NCBI GenBank assembly: GCA_965533275.1
Contig: CBESWG010000006.1
Coordinates: 5,634 to 69,633 of the forward strand
Direction: 5' to 3'
Length of the DNA stretch: 64,000 nt
Source of the DNA: an uncultured bacterium
GTDB taxonomy: Bacteria; Acidobacteriota; Aminicenantia; Aminicenantales; Aminicenantaceae
Shown: piece after piece, positions 59,595-64,000 of the stretch
Numbering within the stretch: the first letter of the stretch is position 1
Layout of the letters: every line of letters starts with the position of its first letter
Program-made: the position numbers and the translations under genes
The notes under the pieces: generated by a model
What the model was told of the DNA's origin: nothing
Databases searched by the model: none
What the model saw: only the letters and a program-made list of their open reading frames with translations

Positions 59595-60338
59595 ATGATA
59601 AATAACAAATTCTTTTTCGTCTTCTTAACCTTTTTTACTTTCGCGCTGGCAGTGCCGGCAGCGGCACAGGTCCAGCCCTGGCCGGACGAGGCCTACAACG
59701 TCCTCGACCTGTCAGAGGAACAGCTGGCCATCATCCAGGAGCATCGGCTGGCCTTCCAGAAGGAGATCCTGTCCCTTCGTACCACGCTGATGACCGAGTA
59801 CATGGAGCTGGACAACCTGTACCTGCAGAACGAGGAGCAGTCGAATATCGAGACCAAGATCGCCGAGCTGGAGCAAATGGAGCTGGAGCTGGACGATCGG
59901 TTCGATGCCCATCAGCAGCAGATCCGCGGACTGTTGACAGACGAACAGAAGGTGCTTTTCGACCGCTTCGGGGGACTGGGCATGGGCCCGGAATACGGCA
60001 TGGGATACGGTATGGGCTACGGTGCCGGCCCCGGCAGAGGTTACAGTGTGGGCTACGGCCGTGGATACGGTGCGGGCTACGGCCGCGGAGCCTGGGGACG
60101 CGGCGCGGCGCGGAATCCAGACATGAGATATCGCGACGGATATGCCCTCAGGGGCTACGGCAGAGCACCGGCCCGCGGCTACAGCCGGGACACGGGCTAC
60201 ACTCGTGCGCCTGCCAGAGGGCTGAGTAGGGGAACGGCTCGCGCTGGAACAGCATACCGCGTCCGGACTCCCAGGGACACCAGGGATGTGGGGCGCTATG
60301 TCAGAGGCTGGTTCCCCCGGTGCCGGAGATGGCGCTGA
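59595..60338 (+). CDS. Periplasmic Spy/CpxP-like protein with a C-terminal Gly-Tyr-Arg-rich low-complexity tail
   Basis: Signal peptide. LSEEQLAIIQ and LTDEQKVLF are LTXXQ motifs. C-terminal GMGYGMGYGAGPGRGYSVGYGRGYGAGYGRG repeats. Confidence 0.6.
   Translation: MINNKFFFVFLTFFTFALAVPAAAQVQPWPDEAYNVLDLSEEQLAIIQEHRLAFQKEILSLRTTLMTEYMELDNLYLQNEEQSNIETKIAELEQMELELDDRFDAHQQQIRGLLTDEQKVLFDRFGGLGMGPEYGMGYGMGYGAGPGRGYSVGYGRGYGAGYGRGAWGRGAARNPDMRYRDGYALRGYGRAPARGYSRDTGYTRAPARGLSRGTARAGTAYRVRTPRDTRDVGRYVRGWFPRCRRWR
59985..60090 (+). repeat. Tandem GGNTAYGGN-type coding repeats (GYG units)
   Basis: ggcatgggatacggtatgggctacggtgccggc ... ggctacggccgtggatacggtgcgggctacggccgcgg. Confidence 0.7.
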
Positions 60339-60342
60339 GCCG

Positions 60343-62901
60343 TCATTCGCAGCGGAGGGAGTCCACGGGATCGGCGCCGGCGGCCCTGAGGGCCTGCAGG
60401 CTGACCACGGAAAGGGCGATGAGCAGGGCCAGCCCACCGGACAGGACGAAGAGGTGCAGCCCGATCCCGGTGCGGTAGGCGAAGTTTTCCAGCCACTTCC
60501 TTAAAACATAATAGGCAGCCGGCCAGGCGATCACATTCGCCAGCAGGACCAGGATCACAGACTCCTTGACCAGGAGCCTCAGGATGCTCGGCACGGATGC
60601 GCCCATCACCTTCCGGATCCCCACCTCCTTGGTCCGCTGTTGAGATACGAAGGAGATGAGCCCCAGCAGGCCGATGCAGGAAATGAAAACGGCAAGGAAG
60701 GCGAAATACTTGAGGAGCGTTCCCGTAGCTTGCTCGGCCCTGTACCTGAGATCCAGGTTTTCATCCATGAACCAGTATTCGAAGCTGAAGCCGGAATTGA
60801 GCTCCTTCCATTTGGCCTCCAGGAATCCCAGGGTACCTGGGATATCCTCCGGCCCTATCCGGATGCTGACGACATCGAACATTCGCGAATTGTAGGCCAG
60901 AATGACCGGCTGGATCCGGGAGTGGAGGGACTGTGTGTGGAAGTCCCTGATCACGCCGATGATGGTCCCGCGGTAACTGCCCCAGAATGAAAGGCTCTTT
61001 CCTATCGAAGATGCGTCTCCGAACTCCATCGCCCTGACGGCCGCCTCGTTGAGTACGAAGCTCTCGCCCTGATCGCTCTGTATCTCGTCGGAAAAGAAAC
61101 GGCCCTGCACGAGCTCCATCCTGTGGGTTTCCAAGAAATCGGGATCACAGAAAATGACCTCGAAGGTCAGTTTAGGATCACCGCTCTTGCCCTCCCAGAG
61201 CACATCCTCCCGGGCGCCGCTCTCCCAATCCCCCATCCTCTGGCTCGAGAAGGTCATGCTCTGGATGTTGGGGTGCTGGAGCAGCTCGCTCTTGAGGACC
61301 TGATACCCCGGTTCTCCCCAGCGGGAATCCGAACTGATGACCAGGTTCTTGTCGAATCCCAGGTCCTTGTTCCTGACATAATCGAGCTGTCGATAGGTGA
61401 CGAATGTCCCGATCATGAGGAAGATGGCGATGGCGTACTGAAAGACGACCAGGATCCTCCTCAGGAAGGGAGAGCGCCCGTTTCCTGGGAAGTCGTTCGA
61501 AACGCGCAGCACCTTGACGGGCTGAAAGGAGGAGAGCAGCAGCGCGGGGTAGCCGCCGGACAGGAGGCCTGTCACGACTATGATCCCCAGCAGGCCGAGG
61601 AGCAGGTCCCGATTGCCGAACAGGTCGCGGCCCAGGGCAAACTCCTTATCTGAGAGATGGTTGAAGACCGGGAGAAAGAGGCCCACCAGGATAACGGCGG
61701 CCAGGACCGCAACCAGGGTAAACAGGAGGGTCTCCCCGAAAAACTGCCGGATGAGGTTTGCCCGGCGGGCTCCCACCACCTTTCTCAAGCCGATCTCCCT
61801 GGCTCTGAGGGTGGACCTGGCCGTGGTCAGATTGATGAAATTGATGCAGGCGATCAGGAGGACAAAGATCGCCATGGCGGAGAAGATGTAGACATACAGG
61901 ATCGGCCCGCCCCGTCCCTGGGGATTGAGGTGGATCCTGGTGAGGGGCAGGAACTGCAGCCGCGCCTTGTTCTGCGGATCCCGGTCGCTCACCAGGCCGG
62001 CAATCCTGCTCTCCACATCCTGGCCTGAGGCACCATCGCGGAGCTGTACATAGGTCCAGGTCGAATTGCTGGTCCAGTTGTTGTCGGTCTGGCCCTCTGA
62101 GAGCAGTGTATAGGGAAGGACACAGCTGAATTGGAGGCTGGAATTGCGTGGGATGTCTTCGAGGACGCCGGACACCTCAAGAGAAGAGCCGCTGTTCACG
62201 ACCAGGCTCTTGCCGATGGGATCCTCCTGGCCGAACAGCTTGAGTGCCAACTCCTTTGTGAGAACGATGGAGCGGGGATTTTCCAGGGCGGTCAGGGCAT
62301 CTCCCTGGAGAAAGGGAAAGGAGAATACTTCGAAGTAGGAAGGATCCGCCACGAGCGGCCCCTCTGCGAAGCTGCTATCACCGTACTGCAGCTGGATCTT
62401 GTTGACAAACCTGTAGCGGGTGGCGTTCTCAACCTCGGGATACTCGGCCCTTAGATGTGGGGCCAGGGCATCGGGGGTTACCGGTGTCAGGTGGCCGTCA
62501 CGCTGCTGCTGCACGACCAGGAAGACAGCGTCGGAATGCTCGTGAAACCGGTCCCAGCTGAGCTCATCCTGGATCCACATCAGGATCAGGATGCAGCAGC
62601 CGATACCCAGCGCCAGCCCCGAGATGTTGATCAGGGAAAACGCCTTGTTCTTCCTGACATATCGGAGCGCGGTCTTGATGCTGTTGGCGAACATGACGGC
62701 TCCCCAATAGAGGGAGAACAGGACCGCCTGCAGGGCCTGCTTCCAATACCAGGCGGTGGCGCGCAGGCTCCCCTCCCGCTCTACCAGGAGAAAGAACATC
62801 TCCTCATGGTCGCCCAGCACTGTTTCCCCCAGGTGCGGAGGGGAAAATCTCCTCAGGATCGCTCCGGCCAGAGCCGGCGGTTTTCGTGTGGCCTTTGTCA
62901 T
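60343..62901 (-). CDS. MacB-like duplicated FtsX-domain ABC permease (ADOP-type) with an N-terminal permease-prefix domain
   Basis: 852 aa. Paralog of 41809..44352, with prefix LRATAWYWKQAL and a duplicated PCD + FtsX architecture. Its start is 7 nt after the PadR stop. Confidence 0.85.
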   Translation of the reverse strand: MTKATRKPPALAGAILRRFSPPHLGETVLGDHEEMFFLLVEREGSLRATAWYWKQALQAVLFSLYWGAVMFANSIKTALRYVRKNKAFSLINISGLALGIGCCILILMWIQDELSWDRFHEHSDAVFLVVQQQRDGHLTPVTPDALAPHLRAEYPEVENATRYRFVNKIQLQYGDSSFAEGPLVADPSYFEVFSFPFLQGDALTALENPRSIVLTKELALKLFGQEDPIGKSLVVNSGSSLEVSGVLEDIPRNSSLQFSCVLPYTLLSEGQTDNNWTSNSTWTYVQLRDGASGQDVESRIAGLVSDRDPQNKARLQFLPLTRIHLNPQGRGGPILYVYIFSAMAIFVLLIACINFINLTTARSTLRAREIGLRKVVGARRANLIRQFFGETLLFTLVAVLAAVILVGLFLPVFNHLSDKEFALGRDLFGNRDLLLGLLGIIVVTGLLSGGYPALLLSSFQPVKVLRVSNDFPGNGRSPFLRRILVVFQYAIAIFLMIGTFVTYRQLDYVRNKDLGFDKNLVISSDSRWGEPGYQVLKSELLQHPNIQSMTFSSQRMGDWESGAREDVLWEGKSGDPKLTFEVIFCDPDFLETHRMELVQGRFFSDEIQSDQGESFVLNEAAVRAMEFGDASSIGKSLSFWGSYRGTIIGVIRDFHTQSLHSRIQPVILAYNSRMFDVVSIRIGPEDIPGTLGFLEAKWKELNSGFSFEYWFMDENLDLRYRAEQATGTLLKYFAFLAVFISCIGLLGLISFVSQQRTKEVGIRKVMGASVPSILRLLVKESVILVLLANVIAWPAAYYVLRKWLENFAYRTGIGLHLFVLSGGLALLIALSVVSLQALRAAGADPVDSLRCE

Positions 62902-62907
62902 CTCGAG

Positions 62908-63228
62908 TCACTCCAGTGAGGCTTTGCCCACGGCGGCCCACATGGCCGACTGGATCTCCCTGTGTTCTTTCAGGACATCCTTGCCCTTCCGTGTGATCCG
63001 GTAGTAGCGCTTTCGCTTCCCTCCCCTCTCCCGAGTGGGGCTGCCCAGGTCGGATTCAAGGTAGCCCTTCTCCTCCAGCCGATAGAGGGGGATGTAGATC
63101 CCGCCCAGGGTCCACTTCTTCTGCGTAGCATGTTCGATGTGCTCCAGGATGGGGAGGCTGTAGGCCGCCTCTCCCAGCTTCAACACGGCCAACAGCACGT
63201 ATTCTTCAGCCCGGGTCAGCAGCCTCAT
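62908..63228 (-). CDS. PadR-family transcriptional regulator
   Basis: 106 aa. YVLLAVLKLGEAAYSLPILEHIEHATQKKW...IYIPLYRLEEKGYL winged HTH. Confidence 0.85.
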   Translation of the reverse strand: MRLLTRAEEYVLLAVLKLGEAAYSLPILEHIEHATQKKWTLGGIYIPLYRLEEKGYLESDLGSPTRERGGKRKRYYRITRKGKDVLKEHREIQSAMWAAVGKASLE

Positions 63229-63363
63229 GTCGTCCTCCTCTTATAATACTTTAAAGTTAAGGATTATTGACCCGGCTGTCAAGCATTTTATATTAATTTA
63301 AAGGATTATGCCCGGACATGCGCCGACGCGGATCAGGGAGGCCCTGGGAAAGCTGGGGACGGC

Positions 63364-64000
63364 CTAGGCCGATTCGAGTTCGGCGAGGAGCCCCGCGATG
63401 AGCTCTTTCACGGTGACGATCTTGTCGATCCGGTAGGCATTCTGCCCGCAGAAGATGAGCCCGTGGTCCGTGTCCCCGATGTAAGAATTCACGAGGGCCA
63501 AGGCGATACAGTACCGGGCCGATTCCACCTTGCAGGCTGTCAGGCACCGGTAGGGACACTTGATCTTCAATCTCCCCTTTATCTCCAGGTCATCCAGGAA
63601 CTTGTTCTTCAACGCCCGTCCCGGCATGCCCACGGGGCTCTTGATGATGACGATATCCTCTTTTTTGGCATCCAGGTAGTGCTGCTTGAATTCCGGGGAG
63701 ACGCCGCACTCTTCCGTGCAGACGAAACGGGTGGCCATCTGGACGCCCGAGGCCCCCAGGCGCAGCAGGCGGGCGATGTCCCCCCCGGTGAAGATCCCTC
63801 CCGCCGCGATCACGGGGATCTTTTTCCCGTAGCGATCCTCGTAGGGTTTGATGGTCTCCAGTATCTCTGGCAGCAGTATGTCCAGGGAATATTTTTCGGG
63901 CTGTTGGAGCTGTTCTTCAGAAAAGCCGAGATGCCCCCCTGCCAGCGGCCCCTCCAGGATCAAGGCATCGGGGATCATAGTATAGCGCTTGTCCCAGGCA
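63364..64000 (-). CDS. NAD(P)H-dependent flavin oxidoreductase (nitronate monooxygenase / FabK-like), C-terminal part; the gene continues past the window end
   Basis: PVIAAGGIFTGGDIARLLRLGASGVQMATRF is the typical NMO/FabK FMN-binding C-terminal region. The listed Met at 63978 is internal. Confidence 0.7.
   Translation of the reverse strand, partial: AWDKRYTMIPDALILEGPLAGGHLGFSEEQLQQPEKYSLDILLPEILETIKPYEDRYGKKIPVIAAGGIFTGGDIARLLRLGASGVQMATRFVCTEECGVSPEFKQHYLDAKKEDIVIIKSPVGMPGRALKNKFLDDLEIKGRLKIKCPYRCLTACKVESARYCIALALVNSYIGDTDHGLIFCGQNAYRIDKIVTVKELIAGLLAELESA

Noticed and set aside
1-64000. Search for CRISPR arrays, tRNA/rRNA genes, transposases, integrases or terminal inverted repeats
   Set aside because: None were detected by eye. 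The only repeats seen are short coding tandem repeats and homopolymers. The low-GC island shows no recognisable mobility genes.

Overview
This window is a high-GC (about 60%+), gene-dense chromosomal segment from a Gram-negative, probably diderm bacterium. Coding density is about 90%, with long same-strand arrays and frequent start/stop overlaps. Three MacB-like ADOP-type duplicated orphan FtsX permeases, two of them paired with PadR regulators, suggest an Acidobacteria-like or related lineage; this is inference, not a database result. No rRNA, tRNA, CRISPR array, transposase or integrase is visible. The genes are dominated by envelope, export and extracytoplasmic-hydrolase functions. These are: an OMF-MFP-RND efflux operon whose RND gene the ORF track missed because it runs off the window start; an ABC ATPase plus an ABC-2 permease fused to an ~850-aa extracytoplasmic domain; a BlaI/BlaR1-like pair whose sensor is a TolB-type beta-propeller; secreted S8, S9 and M28 peptidases; GH116 and GH29 glycosidases; a choloylglycine-hydrolase-like Ntn hydrolase with an orphan family-5 SBP; an amidohydrolase; an FGE-domain protein; a sulfatase-like protein with a degenerate active site; a GspG-like pseudopilin next to a sensor HD-GYP; a cluster of hemerythrin, DUF438, DUF1858 and DUF2249 redox-sensing genes; and an ECF sigma/anti-sigma module with two CpxP/Spy-like periplasmic proteins. 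The most unusual candidates are: (i) a translationally coupled isochorismatase / flavoprotein / RlmN-Cfr-like radical-SAM set with a TetR regulator, in which the radical-SAM protein lacks the methyl-carrier cysteine; (ii) a ~2.7 kb low-GC island of four ORFan secreted or membrane proteins, flanked by a perfect 12-bp-arm palindrome; (iii) the BlaR1-propeller sensor with two TACA/TGTA-type operator boxes; and (iv) the ABC permease giant fusion. Many long ORFs in the track lie antisense to real genes; these are GC-driven artefacts and were rejected.
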